From positions 992,001 to 1,056,000 of the forward strand of contig JBBPEB010000030.1 of NCBI GenBank assembly GCA_039096225.1: a DNA stretch of 64,000 bases, written 5' to 3'. The translations under genes and the position numbers were made by a program. Source of the DNA: Blastocystis sp. Blastoise. Taxonomy: Eukaryota; Protista; Bigyra: Opalinata. Each line of letters opens with the position of its first letter. The first letter of the stretch is position 1. Shown here one piece after another: positions 1 through 16,264 of the stretch. The notes beneath the pieces were generated by a model. That model was given only the letters and a program-made list of their open reading frames with translations. It was not told where the DNA came from and did no database searches.

Positions 1-1765
1 GAAATCACTTGCTTTTTAATGCTTCTCGAAATAACCGCGGGAATCGATACGTCTCTTACACATGGTATATATTCGTTTCTTTCGGAATATTTCTCGTCGT
101 TCAAGGATGATCAACAATCGTGTTTATTTGATATTTTATGTCCATTGCTCTCTGTCATATCACTCAATCCCCCGATGACGTTACTTGCGTCACTCCCTTG
201 GGTCTCTATCAAGTATAGTACTATTATTATTATATTCATTATTATTATGTATTTATTATTATAGATTTAGTATATATTTATATATTTATGATTTTACTTA
301 TTATATCATATATATATAAATCAAAACTTGTTACTATTATCATTTCTAGCTGTCCAAAGAAATCACAATATATTTCCATGATTATTTCGAAGATTACTCC
401 AAAATTATCATATATTCCCATGGAAAACGATTTATTTGGAATTGAATTATATTCCTCTCTTTACAAATTATTAGCTAATATTATTTCTGTTTCCAATGAA
501 AATGAAGTATAATAATAATAATAATTATTATTATTATAATTATTATTATTATTATATATATAGGTATCCTCAATTTATTCCTCTCTCTTCTCCTCTCTCT
601 CTACTACATTCAATTATATCCCTAATTCACTCTATGTATATATATATATAATCCATTTCATGTATGTATTTCCTAGTTATATATGAATCTACTTCCTAAT
701 ATTCTTCAAAATGACTCTCATTCCCACGGGAATTCATCATCTTTATATGCATGTCTTTCTTTTCTTCTTTCTGTAACACATTTCTTCTATTCACTAACAT
801 TCAAGGAATATATTCAAAGAAAACAAGAAGATTATGTCAATAACCACGGGAATTTAGATGATTTTTTAGTATTTCGAGAGGTTTATGAGCAAATATATTA
901 TTCATCGATATATATAGTAATGAGATGCTTATGTATATGTGTTCATAGTAATATTCTTGTCATAGAACAAGTATATATATTATATATTATGTATATTATT
1001 AAAGAAATAATTTTATAGATATTGTTAATGATAAACTAGTTATATGTAATAATTTATAATAATTACATTATTATATATCTTTATTTATAGACATCGATTG
1101 AAACAATGTATAAAACACTAATACGAGATATCCAATTATTTGTCGACAATGAGTCCAGCAATCAAGACACAAAAACACAATTCCCCTTTTTAGTCGACTC
1201 TTTTTATTCAACTCTTTATCATCTATTGAAATATTATCCCCGTGGTTCTTCTATACTTTCTTCCTCCCTTTCTCTCTCTCTCTCCAATTATCTTCAACTA
1301 CAATCTATTTCTCTTCCTCCTTTTTCTGTTTCATCATCGTATATTGCATTATGCTCACTTCAAACAACAGAAAATGAACAACTGAAAACAAAAATACATA
1401 TAATACATTCATTTACAAACAATAACCACGGGAATCAGACAGATAATTTACTAGATAATCCATGTGTTGAAAAGAATCCGTTGACTGATGCAGAATTGTA
1501 TTCCATAGAACATTCTTTAGAACCGTCTGTTTCTCGATATTTATCTATTGCTCAATTACTCAAATCAAATCAAAAATGTATATTATTCTATATATTTCTA
1601 GTATTCTACTATTGCAATATGTTTTATTATTATTATTATTATGCTTCTATATATATACATATAGATACTTCTCTTCTTCAACCTCAACTTGTTTCATTCT
1701 CTGAGAAATTAAATACAATTATATCTTCATATATATCTCTTTCACCTGCAAATAAACTAGAATAA
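1..1765 (+). CDS. Hypothetical multi-exon protein, 5'-truncated by the window
   Basis: Frame is open from base 1. ORF fragments 19-264, 288-512, 683-1018 and 1106-1765 can be joined by GT-AG introns (e.g. 213-349, 507-563, 636-676, 971-1090, 1578-1664). Stop TAA at 1763-1765. No family recognised. Confidence 0.65.
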
Positions 1766-2081
1766 ATGACATATATAATTATTGAAAACAATTCTCGTTT
1801 TCTTTTGTGTATCTATGAATATTATTATTTACTACAGTTTTAAACTACAATTTTGAAAGTTAAATAATTCAATGACAAATGAATAACAAAACGCAATTTT
1901 TTAAATATACAATAAATCTGAAAACAGCACAAAAATAAATCTTATTATTTATATATATAGAAGCGAACAGGATTCATGGATATTAGACTACAAAAATCCT
2001 TTATAGAATCGATGTTTATAATTAGGATTTTAAAGAAAAATGAAAACAAAAAAATACAAAAAGAAAATAAGAAAAAATATA

Positions 2082-2178
2082 CACTACGGACAGTTTTGCC
2101 ATTTTGAACAAATTGATTGGACTAATAATCATAGATAGCCAATCATATTTGTCAAAAGGTTAAAAACTGTCTGTAGTG
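2082..2178. mobile_element. 97-bp CACTA-ended miniature inverted-repeat element (MITE-like)
   Basis: Left end CACTACGGACAGTTTT and right end AAAACTGTCTGTAGTG are 15/16 inverted matches. The inverted symmetry continues inward for ~45 nt. ATA flanks both sides (2079-2081 and 2179-2181). Confidence 0.75.
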
Positions 2179-2814
2179 ATACATATTTAAAATATAAACA
2201 AAGGAAAATAAAGAAAAAAAAATAAAAGTTTATAAAAAATATTATCGTTTAAAACCAAATACTAATGAATATATATATATATAATATAATATAATATAAT
2301 ATACAATGATAAATAAAGACAATGAAAAACAATAGATACATACATATATATAAATATTAATTTTAAAAATAGATAAAACAACTTAGAAACTATATAAGAA
2401 AAACAAAGTATAAAGAGAGATAGTTGAATAACAATACCTAATGAGGATTGTTATAGAGATAAAACAGATAATTCTATCATATAAGATATAAACGGATATA
2501 TATAAATACATACATATTTATATACAACTACTATAACATATAATATTTTAATAGATAATTAAATAATGAACTATATTAAAACTATAAACATATATATAAT
2601 TTAAAAAAAAAACAAATATATAAGAAACGAGAAAAATACTCAAAGAAATATTATAGCTATAAAAATATAAAGATTTTTATATATAAATAATATTATTCAT
2701 AATAGAATCTATATACATATATAACAATAAATATAAAACTGGATTAGAAAAAAAAACAAAGAACAAAGAATAAAAAAGTATTTTATAATAAAAAAAAATA
2801 AATACTAATTGTGT

Positions 2815-5800
2815 TTAAGAAGTTTCTGAAGTGTGACTTGTAACGAGTGAAACAGAATTAGTATTAGAAGAGAGAGAATGGACATATAATAATTTTCTTG
2901 TTTTCTTATGATAATGATGATGATATATATGTGTGTTTGTTGTAGGAGGAGCATAGAAAGGAGAAGAAACAGGATTAGAAGGAGAAGAAACAGGAAGAGA
3001 GGGAGAAGAAAGAGACGGATTAGAAGGAGAAGAAACAGGAAGAGAAGAAGATAAAGGAAGAGAAGAAGGAGAAGAAAGAGAAGGAAGAGGAGAAGAAGAA
3101 GAAGAAGAAATGTCATCTTTAGGAGTATAGAAATGATACATACATATATAATAATTAAGGATAATAAGAAGAATGAAGAATAATAATGCAAGAAGACTGA
3201 TTATAATTATATGAAAATAATCATATTGATTAATTGATTTATATAAATGAAGAGAATTTGTTTTAAGATAAAGATCCGTTATATGATTTAATGTACTATC
3301 CTCACGTGCCTGTAGATGTTCTAATAGAACTGTCGTATTGGAAAATGACTTATATATGTTATTCACTAATGTATCTGCATATACTGTTTGTACATATATA
3401 TATATAGTAATTTGAAGTAATAATTCAGATTCAGTATCCACTATAGCAGAATGAACAGTACGTGTATTCATAATAGTATCATTCTTAGTCAAATTATTAT
3501 TTATAGTATCACTACTATTTTTAATAATATTCTTCTGTATATTTGTATTATATAGAACTCGAGAAGAAGATATTGAATCATTTTTACTATAATTAATGTT
3601 CATTATTCCCACGGGAGTCGCCATTCTTGATAGATTTCCTTTGTTTTCCAATGAGGGATCATATAGATCTGATGTATTGAGTCGATTAGCCGCAGGAGAA
3701 ACATCCTGATCATTTATAATATCATACAAATAGATATATCGAAGAGGAAGCCATGTATTCCCAAGAATATCATAAACAAAAAGGCGGAATTGCTCATAAA
3801 CCCGTGGAACAAGGAACTGCGAAAGGGACAACCCTTTTGACTAGATAAAATATATAATTAAAATTTATATTTATAAGAATAATAATAAAAAGAAAAAGAA
3901 TAATAAAAAGAATAATAAAAAAAAATTAATAAAAAGAATAATAAAAAGAATAATAAAAAAAAATTAATAAAAAGAATAATAAAAAGAATAATAAAAAGAA
4001 TAATAAAAAGAATAATAAATATAATTACATACATATATAGACATTGTAAGTAGAGAATACCCATAAAGTGGAGTAATTGAGGATGAATCATAGCAATATA
4101 ATTGGTTCTCTTCTCCCCATTGACCAGTCATATTACGAGTTTCACAGGGTCGACTTCTTACTCCTTGTAAGCCATTCAAACACCATAAATAAGCGGTATT
4201 TCCTTCTTCTATCGTATTCCAATCACCATCCTTAGCACAATATACATACTTAACATCAATATATATAGTTTTACTATCTTCACCACTTATATTCTTAACA
4301 GTCACACTAATAGAATAAAAACCAACTTGTTGAGGAATTCCCGTGATTATTCCAGTCTTAATATCTAATGATAATCCCAAGGGAAGACCAGGAGTTACAT
4401 TTATAGTTAAAATTTCAGCTGCTTTAATCACAGGCTGAATAGGTTCAATAAGATGTCCTTTATAAAATGAATAATATGAAGAAGAAAATGAAATAGAAGG
4501 AACTAAAGGTTTACAAGTATCAATACGATCTCCCCAGAAAGGATAAGAGAGGAAATAACAGGTTTCTATAATACTACCTTCATAATAAGGTAATTCACTA
4601 CATAAATAAGTATGAGTAATACCAATATCTGTTTCTGGCCATAATGAAGTAGAACTACAAACTGTAGGAGTAATTTCTATCTGAATAGTTGTCATATACA
4701 TCCCTGCACTATTCTTAGCAGTAATCAAATAATAAGTCTCAGGAAATATAGAATACATAGTACCTGAAATAATACCGTCTGAGTTCATCGAGATTCCCGC
4801 GGGGAGGTCTGGTTGAATAGTGAGAGAGAGTATTTCATTTCCTATAAAGAAAGGTATTGTTTCATTAATAGGAATACCAATAAAACCATGAATACCTTCT
4901 GTATATTTAATAAAAGGAGATTCTAGAAAACAATCTTCAATGGGTAAAGACCATATACCGTCTGGAGAACAATTACGATATCGATTCCCATAAAAGCTAT
5001 AGATATCACTACATGGAATAACAGCCTCTGAATCTGCAGGTGTAGACGGCCATAAAGAGTCTCCTGGACACATAATAGCAGCTAGAGCTATTAACGTAAT
5101 TGTACTATAAATATATCCACGATCATTCTCTGCACGAACAAGATAAGTAGTTGAAACCAGTTTTGCTGGCTGTCCATAAATAGATCCATTAGTATCATTG
5201 AAAAAGAGACCGTCAGAAAGATCAGGGAATATAGCAAAAGATGGATAGTATTGATGGGTAATAATAGGAGTAATAGATACTATGGTATCCGTTGTAAAGG
5301 TAATATTTGATGGATATATAACGGATGGAAGAGCAAGAGTACAATGACGCGTCTCAATAGACCATTCAGGATGTCCATTAATATAGTTACATGTACGTGT
5401 AATTCTTCCTGTATAATCCCCCAATAAATCACATGGATGACTGACTACTTCATATATACTTGTTTCTTCCCATCCAAATTGTTTTGGACAACGTAAATAT
5501 ACACAGGAGATAGAAATTGTTGTAGAAATTGTTCCAGCAGTATTATTAGCAGTTACAATATATGTAGATGTATTACTAATAGTATCACATTGACCATAAA
5601 TGATTCCAGTTGAGTTATCCATTGATATTCCTTGAGGAAGAGAAGGAGAGATGAAGAAGGAGAGATGAGTCCCTGCAATAGAAGGAGAAGGAGAAGTAGA
5701 ATTAAAGATAACATTAAATATAAATGATGAATATATATAAGAGAAAGAAGAAGGAGGATCTAAAGAACATAAATCTTCAATGGATTGAAATACTCCTTCA

Positions 5801-8800
5801 AGACATAATCGTTGATAAAAACCAGTATAATAAAGAGGACATGATGAATAAGCATATTGTCCATCAGCAACAGTTGAGAATCCATCCGTAGCATTACAAA
5901 GAAGCGTTGGTTTGGTGATCCAAAGATTCCATTCCGAAAGTTGTAAATATCCTTGTTCTTGAGCAGAATATTCATCGAAATCTATGTTATTACATTCTGT
6001 TATACTTAATTTATAGATATTATATGGTTGGGAAGTATATATATTAAATTCTTTAGATTGATAATATTCAGTCCATGTTATATTATATCTTGTATCTAAG
6101 AGTATATATTGATTTCCATCAATAGAAGCAGACAGTGTCCATGCCGAAGGATGACGATGATTATAACGATATCCTACACTTATACTATAATGATTTATAT
6201 ATTCTAGTCGATTCTTCTCATAACTATATATATATTGTGCACCAACACATCGAGGTCCAGAGACGAGAACTGTGAATATATTACGATCTGTAAGACTGTC
6301 TAGGGTAGGAAGAGTGTAATATATATCACTAGTCATTGTTCCTTTAAATGAACGAAACATATAATGATCTACTAAACGTAATACAAAGAGATAAGGAATA
6401 GTATAAGTATAGGAAGTAGTTGAAGTACTAGTAATAATAGTAGCATTATTCTTTGTAGTATTAGTAGTAGTAGTAATAGGAATCGAAGAAGATGATGAAG
6501 AAGATGAAGAAGATGAAGATGAATAAGATGAATAAGATGAAGATGATGGTGAAGATGAAGAAGATGATGTTCTTAGAAAATGAGTTTGATTATGATTTCT
6601 GGATTGTTTATAGATTTTAGATTGTTCATTTGAAGTAACTTCATATGTTTGAATCATAATAGAATTCTGACCAGAATGAAGAGAAAACATAGATAAAGGA
6701 AATGTAGATCGGAAATGATTACATAAATTAGGATACGTTGAAGGTATATAAGTAGAACTTCCAGAAGAAGAAGAAGAAGAAGAAGAAGAAGAAGAAGAAG
6801 AAGAAGAAGAAGAAGAAGATGAACTATTAGATTTATCTTTTTGATCATTAATATAAATAAGATCTGCACAATAAGGATTACTAGTATAAGAGTTCATAGT
6901 ACTACTATCATAAACTAACTGTTGATTTATATAGATACGGATTTCTTTAAAGCATTCCATATTTAATTGAATACCTGCATAAGTATTAAGAATAGTATCT
7001 GTAACTAGAAATGTTGTATGATAATATTGATATAATTGAGAAGAAGAAGGTAATTGAACTAAAGAATAAGAATTCCATTGAGGTATGAATATTTCCCATG
7101 ATTCTGGAGGTATTACTTGTGAAATATCTTGATAATCCCATAGTACTTGGAATGTATACACTAAATAACGAGTATTTAAATAAATAGTTTTATTTGTTCT
7201 TCCTTCTTCTAAAGTACCACTATATTTGATACTTCGATCTACATATATATAATAAACACTATCTACCCATCCTAACGTATCTCCATTATAACCGATTGTA
7301 ACAGTATAGAGGGAGGGGCGAACACAGTACGTAAATGTCTGTGTACTATAATTAGGGTTATTCTTGATATTAGCTATATATACATCAGTATCATACATAT
7401 CTTGAAATAGAAAGAAAGAAGAACTACCTCTTGATCCATGAACAAAAGATAGACTAATATAAGTATAAGGATAAATACAACTAACTATAGTTAAAGAGAA
7501 AGTGACAGAGGATGTTTGATTGAATAAATCCACACCTGTAAGTGTATATATAGTTTTAGGTAATAAAGAAGAGGGTGTACCAGAGAGAATTCCTGTAGAA
7601 CTATCAAATAAAAGGAAAGAAGGAGGAGAAGGAGAAAGAGTAAAAGAAGTATAATAATCTGTAGGAGATAACGTATATATAGGAAGTAAAACATCTACAA
7701 TAGCTGTAATATTTTGAGTATCTATAGAAAGAGGAGGAATACTAAGAAGAGATAAATCTTCAAGGAAAAATTCTATTTGTGCAACTACATAAGCATTTTC
7801 AATTCCTTCTTGAAGATTCTTAATGAATTCAATATCTATAGATATAGGTCGAAGATTCGATACAGAAATGAAAAAGCATCTTCTTTCATTTGGTTTTGAC
7901 CAGTATATATTATTAATAGAAGATACTAAAACTCGTTGAGATATAGATGTATATGAGAAATAAAGATTCCAAGAGACAGGTTGAAAATGACGATAATAAT
8001 CACCATTATATATACAATATTTATTAATAGTTTCAATACGATTCGAAGGGAATTTGATAGTAATTCTTTGTTTATCTCCATAAGTGGATATAGGAGCATA
8101 CCAACCTGTTTGAATATTATGATCAAATGCATATATAGCATGATTCCCTAAGTTATTCTCATCTAAATCTGTATATATAGATAAATTATCATAATAATCT
8201 TGACTATTTGAATAAGAATCATCAAAAGAACTTAATGAGCCATCTATATTATCATAAGGATCATCCGTAGAATCCGATATAGTCTCTAGGGAAATAAGAT
8301 CATTATCAGTATTATTATCATCATTATTATTATCATTTGATATATCATTATTATTATCATTTGATATATCATTATTATTATCAATATTATTATCATTATT
8401 ATCATTATTATTATCATTACTTTTATCATTATTATCATTATTATTATCATTACTTTTATCAATATTATTATCATCATTTGATATATCATTATTATAAAAG
8501 TATTTCATGGTATTATTAACACGATTTCTATTCTTATATCCATCTACATTATAATTAAATAATATAAAAGGATTAGATGATGAAGATATATTATTATATA
8601 TATATATATTCCTATTTCTGTTAGGAGATGCTCCTAAACACGAATTCTTATTCATATATTTAGAAACATATATATCTTTAGACTCAATAGTATTTATATT
8701 TAAAATATCCTTCTTCTCCTCTTTCTCTTCATTATTCTTATCCTTTATTATTTCATGTAATTTACGATTATTTCCTTGCCTATTTGCTAAATATACAGTA

Positions 8801-11800
8801 TTCACAGAATGTGAACTTTCTAAACTTGATGAAAATGTAGCATCCATAGCACGTGAGCATGCTGAACTACTTGCCATATTCCAAATAACAAGATCAAATG
8901 GAATAGTATTTCCAAGGGAAAAAGAAGACATAGAAAAATGTATACCTAAAACATTCATAGCATTTGGATCAATAGAATCAAATCCACCTGTAAATTGCCA
9001 CGTTTTAATTGGATACATAGAAGTCTCCGTACTTGATATATTGTACGAATAGAATAGATTTCCATTTATATATAGTTCATAACTTCCAATTTCAAAGAAT
9101 AAAAGTCTCCATCCATGCATAAATAATGATGTATAAGGTCGAAATGTATAACGAAAGTATATATTCATTGCTTGAACCTTTTTATATTGAGATACTCTAT
9201 AATTGCTCCAATTTGAAAGTGTATAATTACTTGAATACCAAGGAGTATCAAGTGAACTATTTGTTTGTATATATTTCCATGAAGAAACAGGAGATATATC
9301 CATATGTGGATTAAACCAATAACTCTCATTACTATATGTTAATTTCGATATAGATAATACTTTAGCATAACGAGTAGCATTATAATATAAATATAAATCT
9401 AATCTTGAAGTAAGAGACCAAGGTTGATCTGATTTATGAAATAATTTCAAATAATGAGGAAATCCATCTATACAGATCTCATATCCTTGTGAAATAGCCA
9501 TATCATTACCATAACGACGAAATAGAAGACGATCATCATATGCATATAATTCCCATCCTTCATCAATAGAAGTAAATGAATTATATTTATTGATTTGAAT
9601 ATAAGCCATATAGGGTTGAGCACAATCTATAGAGAAAACAGTCAGTATATAATGTAGTATATACATGGAAAAGAAAACTTATTATATAATAATAATAATA
9701 ATTATTATTATTATATAATAATAAATTATGATGATAATAATAAATTAAATAATAATAATAATTTAAATAATAATAATAAATAATAATAAATAAACAATAA
9801 ATAAATATATACACATAAGATAAAAGTTGATCGTGAAAGTTGAGTTTTCACCCGTATTAGCGTTTGTAGCAGTAATTATATATTGAGTTTGTGTTCCATA
9901 ACTACCGGATCCCTCAATTTTACCGTTACGAGTATCAAATGTATATGTAGCAACAGGTAATATAGATTGGAAGGAGAAGTTATAAAAATCGGTAGTAACT
10001 GGTTCTACATAGAAATAGGAGGGAGCTATGATTTGATAGTAATCCGTAGGATATAATAAAGAAGAACCATAGAGAGTATGATTGAAGATATAGAAGTAAA
10101 TAGAAGAAAGAGAAATAGGGGTGGCTGAGGCTAAGGATGAAAGAATTGTAATAGAAAGAATATATATTTAACTACTTATATATTATATTATAAATAAAAA
10201 AATAATCATATGAATAATTGTTAATATTTATTATTTAAAGAAAATAGTTCATAATACATATATATATTTAAATAGAGCAAAATAATAATATAGAAGAAAC
10301 AAATTAACTATATATATATATATATATATAATAAATACTGAAAACGAACTTAAAATATCTGAGAAAACGTTTATTGCTATGCATATAGAATGTTCTGGAA
10401 ACGGTGAAATACTGGTCATAACGATGATCTAGTAGAGTCCATGTAACAGAATCACGTGATCCGTACAGAATCCAATTAAGTGATTGGTCAGGGGTTTGGT
10501 GAGATGAACTCATTATCGAGTAACGATTAATAATATCATATCTAAAGAATAGTATATAGTATTATATGTATAAATATATAATTAAATCAATATGAATAAA
10601 TAATATACATTATAAGAAAAATAATGATTTTGATTATAAATAAAGAATAATCATAATAATATACCTGTTATCAGGAAAGGTGTAATACAGAGACACAGTT
10701 GTTGAATTCATAAAAGGATCCTCAGAGGGTTTGGGGGATCCGTTAAACAGATACATGCACGTGTTTGTGTTCTCAACGTTATCACTACTCCATGTGCACG
10801 ATCCTTTTGTGGATCTTAAAATATATTTCGCTATAGAAAATGTGAAAAATATATATATAGATATTTATATAATAAATACATTAATAATAATGATATAGTA
10901 AGGAAACATACAGGTATCAATATATATATAGACAGCCGCATCAAAATAATCCGATTGACTACTAGTCTCACGGGAAGCCACTATTTCATCATATTCATGA
11001 TTATTTTCATTCTCATTTGTTTGAAAAGCACGCCGATTGTCCACAGATTGTACGGATGACGTTGACAGAGGAGACGCAAAATGTTTTTCAATTCCAAAAA
11101 TGAATTCCGTTTGATGAGAATCAGTTAAATACTGAACATAACTCAATGGAAATGAAATCCTATATATATATATATATAGTTATAAGATAATTAAATATGA
11201 ATAAAATTATAAAATTATTTTAAAACCATAAAATTATTTTAAAATTATAAAATTATTTTAAAATTATAATATAATAAATAAATAAATATATATATATAAT
11301 ATAAATACTGTACAAAGTCTCCTGTTGATGAGTAAGAGACACCACCATGAGAAGGAGTAATCTGAATTGTACTATATATAATATAATATATATTATAATA
11401 TAATAATAATAATATAATAACAACAGCATAGAATCATAACTATATCATAAAATAATGAATAGAATAATTATAATATACATATATACTCATTAATAAGATA
11501 TCGAAATATTTCTTTCCCATTAATATAGAGTAGAAACGAAGAATCACTTAGAATTCCCATGGTTATTAGGAATAGTGAAGGAATAGAGGCTAATGAGAAT
11601 GCATGACGGTAATATCGCGTTATTGCTGTGGGAGAACTGAAATCCCCGCGAATAGATGTTTGCCAGAGAGAGGTATCATTAGTTACAGAGGAAGGAATAG
11701 ACCAGTTGGGATCGTATTGAGGGATATCTGTATACTGCCATTCACTTATGGGAGGGATAACAAAGGATACTATATATATATATATATATTTGGTATAGTA

Positions 11801-12448
11801 TACAATAGACAACTATGGGTACCATTTATAAAAATAAACATTTTTTTTAAATATAAAATACACATAATATTCATTTAAAAAAAATGAAATAATTGTCACA
11901 TATTAAAATTTTAAAAAATATATATTAATTAAAAGATATAATTTAAATAACTAAATATTTACCATAGAATGTTTCTTGTTTCTTATAATGACTTCTTGTA
12001 GCATCAAATGGTATTGTAGTAGAAAAGAATTCATAAGTATTTAATAAAAATGAAAGACTAGCATAATTATCTTCATAAGAACCCCATCCATCTCCATAAC
12101 TAGATTTATTATATACATATAGCTTATAAAAAAATATAATATTTAAAAATAAAACGATAGCTAACTAGCTTACCTATCAAACATATATAATGTATATTTT
12201 GTAAACGTCTTCATACAGAATGATACGATTTTTCTAGTACCAGCAACATCCTGAACTGATCCAATTCCATTATAGACAAATGTTCCATAAGAAGCATCAT
12301 TTTCATATAGAGACCAAGTTTCTTCAACTGGATTTCCATCAAATAATTTGATTGAGTCTACAATAACTTCATCTGGATTACAGGTTAAAGAAGCGACTTG
12401 AGAAATACAGAACAACAGAATGAACGACAATTTCCATATATTCATCAT
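2815..12448 (-). CDS. Giant type I membrane protein with discoidin (F5/8C)-like domains, He_PIG putative Ig domains and Cys-rich hormone-receptor-like repeats (~2600 aa)
   Basis: Signal peptide MMNIWKLSFILLFCISQVAS. GT-AG introns join the exons (e.g. 3841-4032, 9627-9812). Repeated LPxGLxxDxxTGxIxG (He_PIG-like), C..DG.W..T..G.....C...G...R.C...G.W and PSAWTLSASIDG motifs. TM segment FHIIIISLLALLFFILLIIL, then a Ser/Pro-rich tail. Confidence 0.85.
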
Positions 12449-13587
12449 ATTATATAAAAAGGAAATTGTGCGTCTCATCTATTGAATAGGTAATCAATGT
12501 AGTCCAAATAAAGAAAAAGAGAAATGGAATAATCTACAAGAAAAGAAATTGTTTTGATTGTTTGAAAGTTTAAACTCAAATATTTTTACATGAATACCAT
12601 AAAAATTAAAATTACCGTGAATAAGAAGTATTATCTTTGGACTGTGTGATGACGACATTACTCCTATAAAGGAATGTTCAAACATTCCATTTATTCTTTA
12701 AATTGAACTTTAGTTATATATGAATTGCTTTTTTTGAATTTATATATCATACATCATATATAAGTTTTTGCTAATTCTTCATTAAAATTTTCAATTATAT
12801 ATAAAAATGCATAGAGAACATTGTTCTTTGATTCCACATTAAAATCAACTATTTTATATTTATTCATTATATAATTATGATTCTCGTTTACTCTAATTTA
12901 TTCAAGATAATGTTTCATTTAAGTAAAATTATGTTAGAAGATTCTTGTAGGTAAGTTGCGTTTTTCAGAATAGTCGATATATACGAATGATGTGATCATT
13001 TTGAATCATTATGATGAATTTTTGTTTTTCATAAAGATATTCAATGTTTTCAATACTTTTCAGATATTTATAACAGATTCAAACACAATAAATAATAAAA
13101 AAGGAAGAGATTTTAATTGATTCATTTCATAAAATCAATTATTTATATATAATTCTAATGAATTTAAGAATTTTATATATATACATAATGTTATCACAAC
13201 CTTAATTTGTTTTTAGATACTATTTTTTTATAAAAATGTTCAAATGGGAGTTGACAGATTCTGACTGTATTTTGAGAATACTCATATTGTTTAACTTATA
13301 TCTTGGTAGTTTCCAAGGATTCATATAGAGTCTAAGAAATTTTTTATTTTAAAAATTAGTCTGATTTTTCTATTGAAAAGTGTAGTATCTTATTCATTAA
13401 ACCCAGTAATATAATGAATTCTTATTATAAATATATCAATATACGAAATGAATGTAAAAAGGATCACTTTTTAAAATTGTAAACAAAACCAAATAATCAT
13501 GAAAATAAAAGAAAACTCGCCCTTTTCTAAACTGGAAGTAAAAAAAAAACAATTATTTGTTTTACTAAAGTGAATATATACCCCAAA

Positions 13588-15615
<2,028 letters not shown>

Positions 15616-16264
15616 CTAAAGATTCGTATGGACTTCTAAGAGAACAATCATCATAAACAAATAGGTTAACTATAAAAAATTGTTTGTCTTGTATTTTTAT
15701 TATTATTTTTTCTATTTTTTTTCCTTTTCTCTTAATATTCTTTTTTGTATACTATCGTAGATACACTATTTCTGGATTATTGTTATGCTTTATATGTTCG
15801 AAAGAATAATTTGTTTTTATTTCCTTTTTTATGTGTATATTTAGACAAAGACTATTTGTAAAGAGTCATTTTTTTATACTGAATTATTACCTATTAATTT
15901 TAAAAAAAAAAATTTTTTTCTTTAAAAAGATTACAAGATTATTATGAATGAATGTTTTTAATAAAATTATCTAAACAATATTATTTTAAACATATAGAAA
16001 AACAAAAATATTAAACAAAAAAATATAATTAAAAAAGAAAAATATTTCAGCAAGCAATACATAAAATTATTTTGTATATATATAATAAAAATCAATAATT
16101 AAATTACTATTTGATATATATTATAAATGATATTATCGATATATTGACATTAATATATATATTAATAAGATTGTTACAAATAATCTAATAAGCATATTAA
16201 AAATAGCATATTTATCATGATAATTCTTTAATAACTGATATATATAAATAATTATTATAGTTGT

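Noticed and set aside
213-349. Apparent GT-AA intron (213-319) or 5-nt micro-exon in the first gene, and an apparent AT donor at 1031
   Set aside because: Canonical GT-AG introns 213-349 and 971-1090 restore the frame.
12644-12688. GTGATGA box C-like word and GGAATGTT/AACATTCC hairpin as a possible snoRNA
   Set aside because: No box D (CTGA) at a suitable distance and no terminal stem. No tRNA cloverleaf was recognised anywhere in the window either.
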